DNA from: Candidatus Latescibacterota bacterium
GTDB lineage: Bacteria > Latescibacterota > UBA2968 > UBA8231
DNA: 64,000 nt
Direction: 5' to 3'
NCBI GenBank assembly: GCA_965206595.1
Contig: OZ242214.1
Coordinates: 4,960,001-5,024,000, forward strand
This document shows, one piece after another, positions 19,889 to 30,144 of this stretch (position 1 is the stretch's first letter; each line of letters begins with the position of its first letter). Made by a program: the position numbers and the translations under genes. The notes under the pieces were generated by a model. It saw nothing but the letters and a program-made list of their open reading frames with translations, was not told the DNA's origin and searched no databases.

Positions 19889-21178
19889 TCAGGAGCGCTC
19901 GTCGAGGGGGAGGTAGCGTTGGTCGACGGGGCCGGTGTAGACCTGGCGCGGCCGGTGGATGCGCCCCTTGGTGAGGAAGCGGTCCTCGTACCAGTGCGCG
20001 ATCCATCCCGGCATGCGGCCGATGGCGAATATCGCCGTGAACATCGACTTGGGAATGCCGAGGGCCCGCAGGATGACGCCGCTGTAGAAATCGACGTTGG
20101 GATAGAGCTTGCGCTCGATGAAGTAGTCGTCCTCCAGGGCCGCCGCCTCCAGCTCCTGGGCGATGTCGAGCATGGCGTCCCGCTTGCCGAGGCGGTCGAG
20201 GACGATCTCGCACTGCTGCTTAATGATCGTGGCGCGGGGATCGAAGTTCTTGTACACGCGATGCCCGAACCCCATGAGCCGGATGCCGGCGGTCCTGTCC
20301 TTGACCTGCCGCACGTACTCCCTGACCGGGATCCTGCTCTCCATCAGGTTTTCGATCATGCTGACGACGGCGACGTTGGCCCCTCCGTGCAGCGGGCCCC
20401 ACAGGGCGCTGACCCCGGCTGCCACCGCGGAGAACAGGTTGCCGCCGCTGCTGCCGACCATGCGCACCGTGGAGGTGCTGCAGTTCTGTTCGTGATCGGC
20501 GTGCAGGAGCAGCAGGACGTCGAGGGCGCGCTCCTCCTCGGGATCCGGCTCGTAGTCGTTGTACGGCTGGGTGAACATCATGTGCTGGAAGTTGGCGATG
20601 TACTTGAGGTCGTGCCGCGGGTAGGGCATGTTGTGGCCGAGGTTCTGCTTGTAGGAATAGGCGGCGATGGTGCGCACCTTCGACATGATGCGCGCCGTGA
20701 CTTCCTGGAACACGTCGACGTCTTCGACATCGAGCAGCTCCGGGTAATAGCAGGCCAGGGCGCTGAGCACCGCCGACAGCACCGCCATCGGCGGGGATTC
20801 GGGAGGGAACAGGGTCATGTGATGGCGGATCTGCTCCCGCAGCATCGCGTGCTCACCGAGCAGCGTTCTGAACGACTCGAGCTTTTCCCGGGTCGGCAGC
20901 TCTCCCCAGATCAGGAGATAGGCCGTTTCGATGAAGCTGCTTTTCTCCGCCAGTACCTCGATCGGGATGCCCCGGTACCGCAGGATCCCCTGCTCGCCGT
21001 CTATGTAGGTAATGGAGCTGCGGCAGGAGCCGGTGTTGCCGTACCCTTCGTCGAGGGTGATGTACCCGCTCCGTGCCCTCAGGGCGCCGATGTCGACAGC
21101 GCGTTCCCGCTCGCTGCCTGTCACTACGGGAAGGTCGATTTCCTTGTCATCCAGTATGAGTCGGGCGGTATCCGACAT
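19889..21178 (-). CDS. gltA: Citrate synthase
   Basis: ITYIDGEQGILRYRG, LHADHEQNCSTSTVR, LWGPLHGGAN, MGFGHRVYKNFDPRA, LYPNVDFYSG. Confidence 0.97.
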   Translation of the reverse strand: MSDTARLILDDKEIDLPVVTGSERERAVDIGALRARSGYITLDEGYGNTGSCRSSITYIDGEQGILRYRGIPIEVLAEKSSFIETAYLLIWGELPTREKLESFRTLLGEHAMLREQIRHHMTLFPPESPPMAVLSAVLSALACYYPELLDVEDVDVFQEVTARIMSKVRTIAAYSYKQNLGHNMPYPRHDLKYIANFQHMMFTQPYNDYEPDPEEERALDVLLLLHADHEQNCSTSTVRMVGSSGGNLFSAVAAGVSALWGPLHGGANVAVVSMIENLMESRIPVREYVRQVKDRTAGIRLMGFGHRVYKNFDPRATIIKQQCEIVLDRLGKRDAMLDIAQELEAAALEDDYFIERKLYPNVDFYSGVILRALGIPKSMFTAIFAIGRMPGWIAHWYEDRFLTKGRIHRPRQVYTGPVDQRYLPLDERS

Positions 21179-21230
21179 GAGATCTCCTGTGGTGGGGGTT
21201 TCAGCAGGGCGGGGATTTTAGCCCGCTGAT

Positions 21231-22925
21231 ATGGGAGTGTCAAACGAACCTTTGGAGGGTCCGTACGGCAGCCGCAGGCGCCTGTTCCGGGGGGGAGCCT
21301 GCCTGGCGCTGGCCGCCCTGGTGGGGGCTTGGCTGTACCGCTTCTGGGGCCACGACATGGTGCGCTCGCTCTACCGGGGTGAATGGCCGTGGCTGTCCCA
21401 CCTGGTAAAACGCCGGGGGGAACACCCGGTCGAGTACTACCTCGAAATCGCCGACCGCGCCGCCTACGGCCTGCTGCTCTGGAGCGTTCTGGTGTTCCTT
21501 TTGTACTGGGCCCTGCGGGAGTTGGCCGGACGCCTGCCCGCCTCGCTGCTGGCCGATCCGCGGTGGCGCCGGCTGACGGCGGCGACCGCCGCGGTCTGGC
21601 TCCTCTTCCTGTTGCGGATCCCCCTCTTTCAGGCGCTTCCCTGGTGGTTCTGGTCGCTCGCCGACAAGCCGCTGCCCCTCTGGTGGCTGTTCGCCTCCCT
21701 CGCCCTGGCGAGCGCCGGGGTCTGGTTCGCCGTGTCGAGCCGGCCCCATCGCCACCTGCCGAACCTGCTGCTGCTCGTCGTTCTCTGCTACACCCTGCAG
21801 ATGGGATTCGCCCTGATGGAAGGGCGCGGCCTGCAGTCGCTGTCCGACCGTCTCAGCGGCAGCGGCGGACATGCGCGACTGGCTCGCGCCGGCACCGAAT
21901 GGACCCCCGGGCACCTGTTGCGGAACTACCCTTCCATGGTCGCCAACCAGGAGCTTCCGCACTTCCCGCACGCCACCAGACCGCCCGGCCCGGTGATCGC
22001 TTTTGCCCTTCTCGATCAGGCTGCCCGCCACCTGCCGATTGCCGGGAACGACCGCCAGGAAGCCGTAGCCCGGCTCGCCGCCCTGCTGTTTCCCCTGATG
22101 GCCTCCCTGACCCTGTTTCCGCTGTGGGGGTTGTGCCGGCTGGCGATCCCCGGCGAACGCGAGGCCTGGATGCCGCTCCTGCTCTACGTCTCGGCCCCGA
22201 GCCTCCTGCTGATGGTCCTCCATCTCGACCAGTGCCTGTTTCCCCTGATCGGCACCACCTTCCTCTACCTGCTGGCACGGGCCCTGACCGCGAACAGGTT
22301 GCTCCCGGCATTCGCCGCCGGGGTCTGTCTGTATGCCGGGGGGTATTTCAGCTTCGGGCTGATCGCCCTGGCGGCCGCCTCGGCGGCGCTGATCCTGCTG
22401 TTCGCCCGCACGCGGCATGCCTGGAGACAGGCCGGAACCGCCGCGGCCGCGCTGCTCGCAGGGGCGGCCCTTGTGCACCTGGCGATGTGGTTCGCTCTCG
22501 GGTACGACGCCCTCGCCCAGTTCCGCTTCGGAATGGCGGCTCACCAGGCCTTCAAGTTCCCGCAGTGGGGTTTCGCCCACACCTTCTATTTCGGCGCCCT
22601 CAACCTCGTCGAGTTCGCGCTCTGGTGCGGACCTGCCCTCGCCCTCCTCTGCGCGGCGCAGCTGCACCGCGCCTGCCGAAGCTGGCCGCCCGGGACCGTG
22701 GCCGACCTGCTGGTGCTGGCGCTGGCCGTCGCCCTGGCGGGGCTCGTTCTGTTCGGGCGCACCGCCGCGGAAACCGCGCGCCTGTGGCTCTTCCTCCTGC
22801 CCCTGGTCGTCATCGCCGGCGCCCGTTACCTCGGTGAAATCACCCCTGGGCGCGGCGCCGGTTTCATCCTCGCGCTGCAGCTGGTCACCGTGCTGGTCCT
22901 CAAGAAGTTCCAGGATCTTTTCTGA
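21231..22925 (+). CDS. Polytopic membrane protein, possible GT-C-fold glycosyltransferase
   Basis: More than 10 hydrophobic segments; HATRPPGP loop and ETARLWLF motif reminiscent of GT-C enzymes; function is inferred. Confidence 0.6.
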   Translation: MGVSNEPLEGPYGSRRRLFRGGACLALAALVGAWLYRFWGHDMVRSLYRGEWPWLSHLVKRRGEHPVEYYLEIADRAAYGLLLWSVLVFLLYWALRELAGRLPASLLADPRWRRLTAATAAVWLLFLLRIPLFQALPWWFWSLADKPLPLWWLFASLALASAGVWFAVSSRPHRHLPNLLLLVVLCYTLQMGFALMEGRGLQSLSDRLSGSGGHARLARAGTEWTPGHLLRNYPSMVANQELPHFPHATRPPGPVIAFALLDQAARHLPIAGNDRQEAVARLAALLFPLMASLTLFPLWGLCRLAIPGEREAWMPLLLYVSAPSLLLMVLHLDQCLFPLIGTTFLYLLARALTANRLLPAFAAGVCLYAGGYFSFGLIALAAASAALILLFARTRHAWRQAGTAAAALLAGAALVHLAMWFALGYDALAQFRFGMAAHQAFKFPQWGFAHTFYFGALNLVEFALWCGPALALLCAAQLHRACRSWPPGTVADLLVLALAVALAGLVLFGRTAAETARLWLFLLPLVVIAGARYLGEITPGRGAGFILALQLVTVLVLKKFQDLF

Positions 22926-24081
22926 CGATCGGCGAAGCGAGACGGTCCGCGAGGATCCGCGCCGACAGCTCGTGGCCGAGCGCCGTGAAGTGTCCGTAGC
23001 CGCCGTGGTAGATCCCGTTTCCCCTTTCGACCTGCTCGATGAACAGCTCGCGCGGATAGGCGTGGTCGATCCGCAGCCCGGCCAGTTTTTTGAGGATCCC
23101 GCTCTCGATGCGCGCCCTGTCCCGGCGAAAGACAGGGCGCCGCGCCCCCGGGTCGCGGCGATAACGCCGGATGTCGATGACGTCCTGAAGGAGCAGGGGA
23201 TCGGGAATCAGATAGACGAAAAAGCCAATTTTCCGCTGCCGCAGATGGCCGGCGATCCCGTCGAGCAAGCGCCCGGCAACCGCGATCATGTCCTGCAGAT
23301 GAACCTCCGACGCGCCGAGGTCCGGGGTGGCGATCATGCCGGCGTCCCGCGCCAGGGCGGCGATCCCCGGGTTGGCCTTTACGGCGTGCTTCCAGGCCAG
23401 CCGCGCGACCACGGAACGGGCCAGCACGTTGTCCCGGAGCCAGGACCGCAGCGAATAGGGGGGAGCCGGGGAAAAGGTCAGCTCGCCGTCCGCCAGGTCG
23501 AAGCGGGGGACCGATGCCGAGGCGAGGGGGGCGAAGTTGTCCTGCAGGTCGTTGCCGAGGAAGAGGACGAGCACCACGATGTCCGGGTTACATTCGGCGG
23601 CGCGCTCGCGCACGGTGAGGAAGTGGGATCCGAGACCGTAGCCGTGCACCCCCCAGTTCACCGCCTCGACCTCGCCGGCGCCACGCCGCGACAGGTCGCG
23701 CGCCATGCGCTGGGAGAAGTTCGCCTCGAGGTCGACCTGGTAGGCCTCGAGGAAGGAATCCCCGAGAAACAGGATGCGGCGGCGGCCTGCGGCCGGCCGC
23801 GTCGCCCGTTCGCGATCGTGAAATCCGCGGCTGTTCGTGGTCACTACCCGCGGGGGGCCCTCCACTTCGCGAGTCCAGGGAATGCTCAGGTGGGGCCGCC
23901 CGCGAAAACCCAGGAGCTCGTCGTACTCCAGGGTGGCGTGCTCGACTTTGACGACCCGGGGCAGCAGCAGCTCTGCCAGCAGCAGGACCGCGGCCGTCGC
24001 CGCGGCCGCGACGGCGCAATTCACCGCCAGGGTGCGCCACCGGGAAGAGCTGCGGCCGGACCTGTCGGAGATCTCCGTCAC
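22900..24081 (-). CDS. SGNH/GDSL hydrolase-family protein with N-terminal membrane anchor
   Basis: TNSRGFHD, ILFLGDSF, NWGVHGYG, FLGNDLQDN, GHFTALGH. Confidence 0.85.
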   Translation of the reverse strand: MTEISDRSGRSSSRWRTLAVNCAVAAAATAAVLLLAELLLPRVVKVEHATLEYDELLGFRGRPHLSIPWTREVEGPPRVVTTNSRGFHDRERATRPAAGRRRILFLGDSFLEAYQVDLEANFSQRMARDLSRRGAGEVEAVNWGVHGYGLGSHFLTVRERAAECNPDIVVLVLFLGNDLQDNFAPLASASVPRFDLADGELTFSPAPPYSLRSWLRDNVLARSVVARLAWKHAVKANPGIAALARDAGMIATPDLGASEVHLQDMIAVAGRLLDGIAGHLRQRKIGFFVYLIPDPLLLQDVIDIRRYRRDPGARRPVFRRDRARIESGILKKLAGLRIDHAYPRELFIEQVERGNGIYHGGYGHFTALGHELSARILADRLASPIVRKDPGTS

Positions 24082-24157
24082 CGGCAGGACGAAATCCTGT
24101 GGAATGTTCCCGGCGCCGGTACGGTTCGCTTCCCGAAGGGAACCCGCATCTTCCCCC

Positions 24158-26098
24158 CTACCTGACGGCTATGAAGTAGTGGATGACGAACCAGACCCCC
24201 GAGGTGGCGAACTGCCCGAGAATGACCCCGATGAAGAAGGGCCTCGTGGTCACGTACAGCTTCACCCCTCCGTATTTCACGATCGCGGTCTTGAACAGCC
24301 AGCCGAGAAAGACGCTGAAGAAGGCCGAGCCGAAAACCGCGCTCAGGGGTAGCCCCAGGGGATGCAGGGGCCACCAGAGAAAGCGCTGCCGGGCCAGCAT
24401 CAGCAACCCCATGGCCGCGGCGCCGATCCCGGCAAAACCCCAGTTCTCCCAGTGCGGCCCCTCCAGCGACTGGATACGGGCGGAGGCGTTCTCGAAAGGA
24501 TAGCGGGCTCCCCAGCCGAAGAAGAAGCCGTCGGTATTGATCCCCCCGTGGGTGTAGGCCAGGGTCAGTATCGTCCAGATGGAGCTGGCGATGCTGACGG
24601 CGATGGCGATCATGATGGCCAGGAATACCATGCGCCTGTTCGACCTGATGGTCTCCTCTGCCATCTTCAGTCCGTTGGCGCACGAGGCCATCACGAAGGT
24701 GAGGATGTCGCTGGCCCAGACGTAGGTAAAGGAGAGCGAGATGATGCCCGACTGCCCCAGCGCCCGGGTGCCGATGCCGGCGGCGACGAAGTCCGACGCG
24801 ATCATCGGTGCGTAGTTCCACGCCAGCCCTCCCTCGGCGACCACGCGCGTGATGGCCACGAACAGGGCGAAGGCGAAGAACAGGTAGATCGGCACGATCC
24901 AACCCGGCAGTCCGCTCTGCGCCAGCCAGACCCCCATGAACAGCAACGAGCCGAGCAGCGTGAACGCCGCGGCGCGGTAGGACATGATCTCGCCCCCGTC
25001 GTCGACGCCGGGATCGCCGAGAAAGGCGCGGCGGAACACCCTGTACAGATGGCCCCTGGCGGTCCACAGGCCGAACAGCACCAGCACCATGAAGGCGCCG
25101 AATCCCTGCAGGGTCAGGATCGAGTCGGCGTGGCGGCTGTAGACCCCGAACAGGGGATCGACGCGCTGGATGCCGATGGTGTTGAACACCCCCTGCTGAA
25201 CCACCCCGAACAGGTAGAAGAACCAGAGGCTGAAGGCGACGTTGCGGTTGATGAAATAGGCGAACCCGACCAGCTGGAAGCTGACGCTGAACTGGACGTC
25301 GACGGTGTCGCGGAAGAGCGGCAGGTATCCCCCCCAGAGGGAGATGCGCTCGATGAACGGGTAGTAGGTCGACAGCCGGTTGTTGCTGTAGATGAGGGCG
25401 GTTATGGCGAAACCCGCCCACATCAGGGGGTTCCTGAACAGCGGCTTTATCAGGGAGGGTTTGGACTCGTCATCCTCGATCATCGCCAGCGGCACCTGCA
25501 CGAGCGGGTAGATCAGGCGCTCGTTGACGATCCACTGGCGCCGCAGAATCACCATGATCGCGATCATCGCCAGGTAGAGCGCGAAGATGAACGGCAGCCA
25601 CCAGGCCAGCGGCGGCAGCCACAGCTCCCACGGGATGCCCTGCCCCTGCGGCGCTCCCTCGTAGAAGTACTTGATCTGCTCGAAGTCGTGATGCGGGATC
25701 ATCCAGCCCGGTATGAACGGGAACAGGCTGTCCCAGTTGTTCTCCGGGGTGGCGTAGTAAATGACGCTGGTTATGTGGGGCAGCAGAAACGAGGTGAGGC
25801 CGCGCTCGGGAATCGGGGTTGCGATGATCCACATGATGTAGATCAAGGCGAGCTCGGAGCGCCTCAGCATCCATTGCCGGCGCAGGGCGCCGACGAATGC
25901 GTTCAACAGGAAGACGAGGTAGAAGAACAGGATGAGAGCCGCTGCCGTGGTCATCAGGGCGGCTATGCGCTCGCCGTAGAGCATCATTCCGACGTAGGGA
26001 ACGCCGGTGCCGATGGCGACCGAGCCGATAGTGCCGACGATCAGGGAGCGCAGTGTTACCCCGCGGGCAACCCTTTCTGTTTTCGACTCCGTTTCCAC
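24158..26098 (-). CDS. DUF6785/DUF6784-type polytopic membrane protein (second paralog)
   Basis: GVTLRSLIVG, LRRQWIVNERLIYP, EIMSYR, RFLWWPLHPLG; GTG 26098 avoids overlap with the upstream gene. Confidence 0.82.
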   Translation of the reverse strand: METESKTERVARGVTLRSLIVGTIGSVAIGTGVPYVGMMLYGERIAALMTTAAALILFFYLVFLLNAFVGALRRQWMLRRSELALIYIMWIIATPIPERGLTSFLLPHITSVIYYATPENNWDSLFPFIPGWMIPHHDFEQIKYFYEGAPQGQGIPWELWLPPLAWWLPFIFALYLAMIAIMVILRRQWIVNERLIYPLVQVPLAMIEDDESKPSLIKPLFRNPLMWAGFAITALIYSNNRLSTYYPFIERISLWGGYLPLFRDTVDVQFSVSFQLVGFAYFINRNVAFSLWFFYLFGVVQQGVFNTIGIQRVDPLFGVYSRHADSILTLQGFGAFMVLVLFGLWTARGHLYRVFRRAFLGDPGVDDGGEIMSYRAAAFTLLGSLLFMGVWLAQSGLPGWIVPIYLFFAFALFVAITRVVAEGGLAWNYAPMIASDFVAAGIGTRALGQSGIISLSFTYVWASDILTFVMASCANGLKMAEETIRSNRRMVFLAIMIAIAVSIASSIWTILTLAYTHGGINTDGFFFGWGARYPFENASARIQSLEGPHWENWGFAGIGAAAMGLLMLARQRFLWWPLHPLGLPLSAVFGSAFFSVFLGWLFKTAIVKYGGVKLYVTTRPFFIGVILGQFATSGVWFVIHYFIAVR

Positions 26099-26123
26099 TC
26101 GGCCCCGTGAGATCGCGAGACCG

Positions 26124-28382
26124 CTAGTGGCCGCGGGCGTGATAGGTTGCGGGGTTCTTGCCGGTCGCGGAGCCACCCAGCTCGAAGGGTCTGAAGGAAT
26201 GCGCAGTCAAGGTCGCATCCCCTTCCCTGATCCGCAGCAGCGTGTTCATCCCCACCTCCTCGAATCGCTGCGTCGTGCCGCTGGCCGGCCAGAAGATCTC
26301 GAGCGCCTCGACGGCGTCGGCCCGGCCCAGGCCGATTTCCCGCCGCATGCTGGAGGCGCCGAAGCTGCCGCCCCCGGACACCCGCGAATGAACCACGCGG
26401 GGGCCGTCCTCCGTGCGCAGGTGAACTTCGATGCGGGCGCCGATAGCGTCCCGGTTGGACTGCACTCCTTCCAGCTCGAGCTTGAGCCAGTGGTTGCCGT
26501 GGCCGGGGTTCTCGAACAGCACGTTCTGGTAGACATCGCCGGTGAAGGCGCCGCCCATCACCGCGCAGACCTCCTGATCGCCATCGTGATCGAGATCGCC
26601 GAAGGCGATGCCGTGACCCTTTTGCAGATGCCCGAAACCACCGGAACTGGTGACGTCCTGGAAGAACTGCCCGGCGGCGTTGCGGAACATGCGGTTGGGC
26701 ATGACGGAGATCAGGCCGGGGTCGCCGGTGCCGAGATAGCAGTCCGGGTACCCGTCGTTGTCGAGATCGCCGTAGTTGCTGCCCATGGTAAGCAGAGGCT
26801 TGTCGAGCCGGGCGGCGGCAGTGACGTCGGCAAACGTGCCGTCCCCGTTGTTGCGGTAGAGGCGCGGGTGCTCCGCCGTGTTCGCCAGCCCCAGGTAGTC
26901 GGCGGCTACGTCGGTAGGGCGAGCCTTGTAGCCGGAGACGAAAATGTCCAGCCAGCCGTCGTTGTCGTAGTCCCAGAACCAGCCCGGAAAGCTGCGTGGC
27001 GGACCGGGCACGCCTGCTGCTTCCGTCACGTCCGCGAAACGCCGCGAGCCGTCCCCGCCGGCCCCATTGCGGAACAGCAGGTTGGACTCCTTCGGGTTGA
27101 GGCGCGACAGGTACAGATCAAGCAGTCCGTCGTTGTCGTAATCCCCCCACACCACGCCCTTCACATATCCCTCCACGGCCAGACCCGTAGCCGCGGCGCG
27201 ATCGCGAAAGGTGCCGTCGGCCTTGTTGTGGAACAGCTCGCACGGATGCCGCTCGGCGCCGAAAGATTCGTTGCCGATGTAGAGATCCAGCCAGCCGTCG
27301 TTGTCGTAATCTCCCCAGGCGGCAGTCTGCGTCGGGTGCAGGGTGAGGATGCCGGCCGCTTCGGTGACGTCATCGAAACGGCTGCCCTCCAGGTTTCTCA
27401 GCAGTGAATTGGGGTGGCGGCCTCCGTCCGTAGCGGGCGGGCGGTTGAGCCAGGCTCCCCGCAGGATGAGCGCGTCGGAATAGCCGTCGTTGTCGTAGTC
27501 GGCCTGCTTGCTGTTGAGGCCGCCGACGAGGCCTCCCAGGCCGGCGGTTTCCGTCCGATCGGCAAAGGTGCCATCCCCGTTGTTGCGGAAGTAGCGCAGC
27601 GGATCGCGCCGGCCCCAGGAGCAGACCATGATGTCGAGGTGTCCATCGCGGTCGAAGTCCTCCATGACAACACCCCCGGACAGCCCTACCAGATCCAGGC
27701 CCAGCGCCGGAGCCACGTCGCGAAAACGGCCGATGTCGTAATCGGATTCAAAGAGATGGGGCGGCATCAGCTGTTCCGGAGGCACCGACTCCGGGTATTC
27801 ACCCAGGTTCATGTAGGCGATGTTGAGCAGCCAGCGGGAAGAAAGATCGTCCGGGTTGCGCTGCAGCACTCCTTCGAATTCGGCGACCGCCGCCCGCGCG
27901 CCACCCGGCAGCGCGTGCGCGCCGGCGCCGGAGATGGGAAACAGGCAGGATTCGGTGTTGTGATTGAGGATGCAGTTGTCCTGCTCTCCCAGGCGGAGAT
28001 AGGCAAGCCCCAGAAAGATCTGCAGGCGGTGCTGCATTTGGCGCCCGCTCGCCTCCGCCTGCAGCCGGCGGAATTCCGCAATCGCCTCCGCCGACCGACC
28101 GTCGAGCAGCAGTTCGTTGGCCAAATTGACGCGGGTCTTGAAGAGCTGCGACTTGACGCGGGGGTCCAGCGGGTCGGCGGCCTTGCGCAGGCGCGCCACT
28201 TCATCGCGGAAGTGCCGCACTCGCACGTCGTTGGCGTACGGATGGGCGAGCGGCTCGACGTCCTCGGCGATCTCGATCAGCCGCCGCGCCATGCGCCGGG
28301 TTCCTTCGGTCCTGGTGTCGGCAGGCGGTTCCCGGCAGGCCGCGTGGGCGAGAAAGGATGCTGCCAGCAGAAGCAGCGTCAT
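26124..28382 (-). CDS. CRTAC1-family protein with N-terminal TPR-like region (FG-GAP + ASPIC/UnbV)
   Basis: Signal/lipobox-like AHAAC; AYLRLGEQDNC; repeated WGDYDNDG.LD; GHLQKGHG; NRDAIGARI...EIGLG...FWPASG. Confidence 0.9.
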   Translation of the reverse strand: MTLLLLAASFLAHAACREPPADTRTEGTRRMARRLIEIAEDVEPLAHPYANDVRVRHFRDEVARLRKAADPLDPRVKSQLFKTRVNLANELLLDGRSAEAIAEFRRLQAEASGRQMQHRLQIFLGLAYLRLGEQDNCILNHNTESCLFPISGAGAHALPGGARAAVAEFEGVLQRNPDDLSSRWLLNIAYMNLGEYPESVPPEQLMPPHLFESDYDIGRFRDVAPALGLDLVGLSGGVVMEDFDRDGHLDIMVCSWGRRDPLRYFRNNGDGTFADRTETAGLGGLVGGLNSKQADYDNDGYSDALILRGAWLNRPPATDGGRHPNSLLRNLEGSRFDDVTEAAGILTLHPTQTAAWGDYDNDGWLDLYIGNESFGAERHPCELFHNKADGTFRDRAAATGLAVEGYVKGVVWGDYDNDGLLDLYLSRLNPKESNLLFRNGAGGDGSRRFADVTEAAGVPGPPRSFPGWFWDYDNDGWLDIFVSGYKARPTDVAADYLGLANTAEHPRLYRNNGDGTFADVTAAARLDKPLLTMGSNYGDLDNDGYPDCYLGTGDPGLISVMPNRMFRNAAGQFFQDVTSSGGFGHLQKGHGIAFGDLDHDGDQEVCAVMGGAFTGDVYQNVLFENPGHGNHWLKLELEGVQSNRDAIGARIEVHLRTEDGPRVVHSRVSGGGSFGASSMRREIGLGRADAVEALEIFWPASGTTQRFEEVGMNTLLRIREGDATLTAHSFRPFELGGSATGKNPATYHARGH

Positions 28383-28492
28383 TGGTGGCGGTTATCGACA
28401 GCACCGCGGAGCCGGCGTCGATGCGTCGCGCGCCCGGATAGGGGAACCGCCGGTTGGCTGGAAGTCACCGACCGCGACCCGAAAGCTCTGTT

Positions 28493-30103
28493 TCAACCAT
28501 TGGGCGTGCCCCCCGGGCCGGTATCGGCCATCGCCTCGGCCTCTGCGAAGCCGATCTCCAGCCGCACTTCGTTCAGGAAAACCGGTTCGAAGCGAGGGAC
28601 GCTCCCCTTGACGAGGCGTACCACCAGTTCATTTCCCCCCTTGACGATCGACCGGGCGCCGACATCGAACTGAATCAGCGTGCCCTCGACGCGCTCCTGC
28701 TGCATGGTCGTATGGTATACCTCGCCGTCGAACACCGTGTGCCCCCAACCTTCGTTTGAAACCCGGCGCATATCCCACGCCACCGGCTCGCCATTGATAC
28801 TCAAGTCCAGCGCATCCCCCTCCACGAAATGGTTGAAACCGAGACTCAAGGTGCAGGAATCGAGAGCTCCTTCCGACCGGGCCGTGGCCACGTCGTCCGC
28901 GATGTCCAGGGTCAGCACGGCCCCGCCGCCGGGCTCCGTCTCCTCCATGAACACCGGCAGCGAAGCCCAGGGAAGGGCGTACCGAAACGCCCCGACATGG
29001 TGCTCCTTGCTGCCGACGCGGTCGGAATGATCGAGCTCGTAGCGCTTGTTCAGGCGGGGGAGCCGCCGCCGGTCGACCATGTTGCCGAGCACCCGCTTCT
29101 TCCACTCGTTCGGGGTGTTGAAGTAGTTGAACAGGTAGAACCCGTCGACCCCGGCCTCGAGGAACCGCGCCGCCAACGCGTAGAGCACCTCCTCGTCCAA
29201 GGCCCACCGCAGCGCCTCGAAGCTCCCGTAGATCAGGCAGTCGGTCCCCTCCGCCACCTCGACGAACTCGCGGATCGGCTGCTCGAACGGCAGGAAGCCG
29301 CCGCCCGCGGCGACGATGTCGACCAGTCCTTCCGAGATCCAGGTCTCGACGTCCAGTCCGATCCGCCTGGCGTCGTAGAGCGTCGGCGGCACGCGCACCA
29401 GCAGATCGAGATGCCTGCCCCGCTTCTCGCCGACCTCGTCCAGGCGCCGCCGGATGCGCCGTACGAAGTCCGTCATCAGGTAGCGGTTGGAGCAGGCCTC
29501 TTCGATCCGGAAGAAGGCCGGATGCCGGAAGTAGTCGAGCTCGATGCCGTCGACGTCGAAGCGTTCGCACAGTTCGAAAACGATTTTCTCCATGTGCTCG
29601 CGAACGCCGGGAAACTTGTAGTCCACCCCGCGGGCGATGGCGTATTCGAGCGTGGGCCGGGGGATGTACTCGTGAGGCTGGCCTATGAGCCATTCAGGGT
29701 GATCGCGCCGAAACCGGCCATGAGCGGGCGAATCGTAAGGGATGTCGTAGTGGCTGTTCATGCGCAGCGAAGGCAGCACGTCGATGCCCGCCCCGTGAAA
29801 CTGCCGGGTGATCTCCCTCATCGGGCCGCCGGAGGACTCGATCAGGCTGCGGAGATTTCGCTGCGTCCATGAAAAACGTTCCTCCGCGAACTGCTCGCAG
29901 CCATCGCCGATGCGTTCCCCGACCTCGGTTTCGTAAGCGAAGGTCTCGCTGTTGCCGACGCACCACGACACCCCGCCCACGGGCGAACCGGGGTAGGTGG
30001 CGACCATGCGCTCCGCAATGGTTTCGGGCCTGACCGGTGCGGTCCGGAGGTCCATGATCCAGCCGTCGTCGTTGCTGATGATCCTGCACTCTTTGTCTGT
30101 CAT
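28493..30103 (-). CDS. Glycoside-hydrolase-like TIM-barrel protein (GHL10/DUF187-like)
   Basis: Start MTDKECRIISNDDG; SLRMNSH, FRRDHPEW, DYKFPGVR, DVDGIELDYFR, GVDGFYLFNY. Confidence 0.75.
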   Translation of the reverse strand: MTDKECRIISNDDGWIMDLRTAPVRPETIAERMVATYPGSPVGGVSWCVGNSETFAYETEVGERIGDGCEQFAEERFSWTQRNLRSLIESSGGPMREITRQFHGAGIDVLPSLRMNSHYDIPYDSPAHGRFRRDHPEWLIGQPHEYIPRPTLEYAIARGVDYKFPGVREHMEKIVFELCERFDVDGIELDYFRHPAFFRIEEACSNRYLMTDFVRRIRRRLDEVGEKRGRHLDLLVRVPPTLYDARRIGLDVETWISEGLVDIVAAGGGFLPFEQPIREFVEVAEGTDCLIYGSFEALRWALDEEVLYALAARFLEAGVDGFYLFNYFNTPNEWKKRVLGNMVDRRRLPRLNKRYELDHSDRVGSKEHHVGAFRYALPWASLPVFMEETEPGGGAVLTLDIADDVATARSEGALDSCTLSLGFNHFVEGDALDLSINGEPVAWDMRRVSNEGWGHTVFDGEVYHTTMQQERVEGTLIQFDVGARSIVKGGNELVVRLVKGSVPRFEPVFLNEVRLEIGFAEAEAMADTGPGGTPNG

Positions 30104-30144
30104 CGACAGTCGCCTTTCAGCCTGGTTCAGGCCGCGTTGCGGCT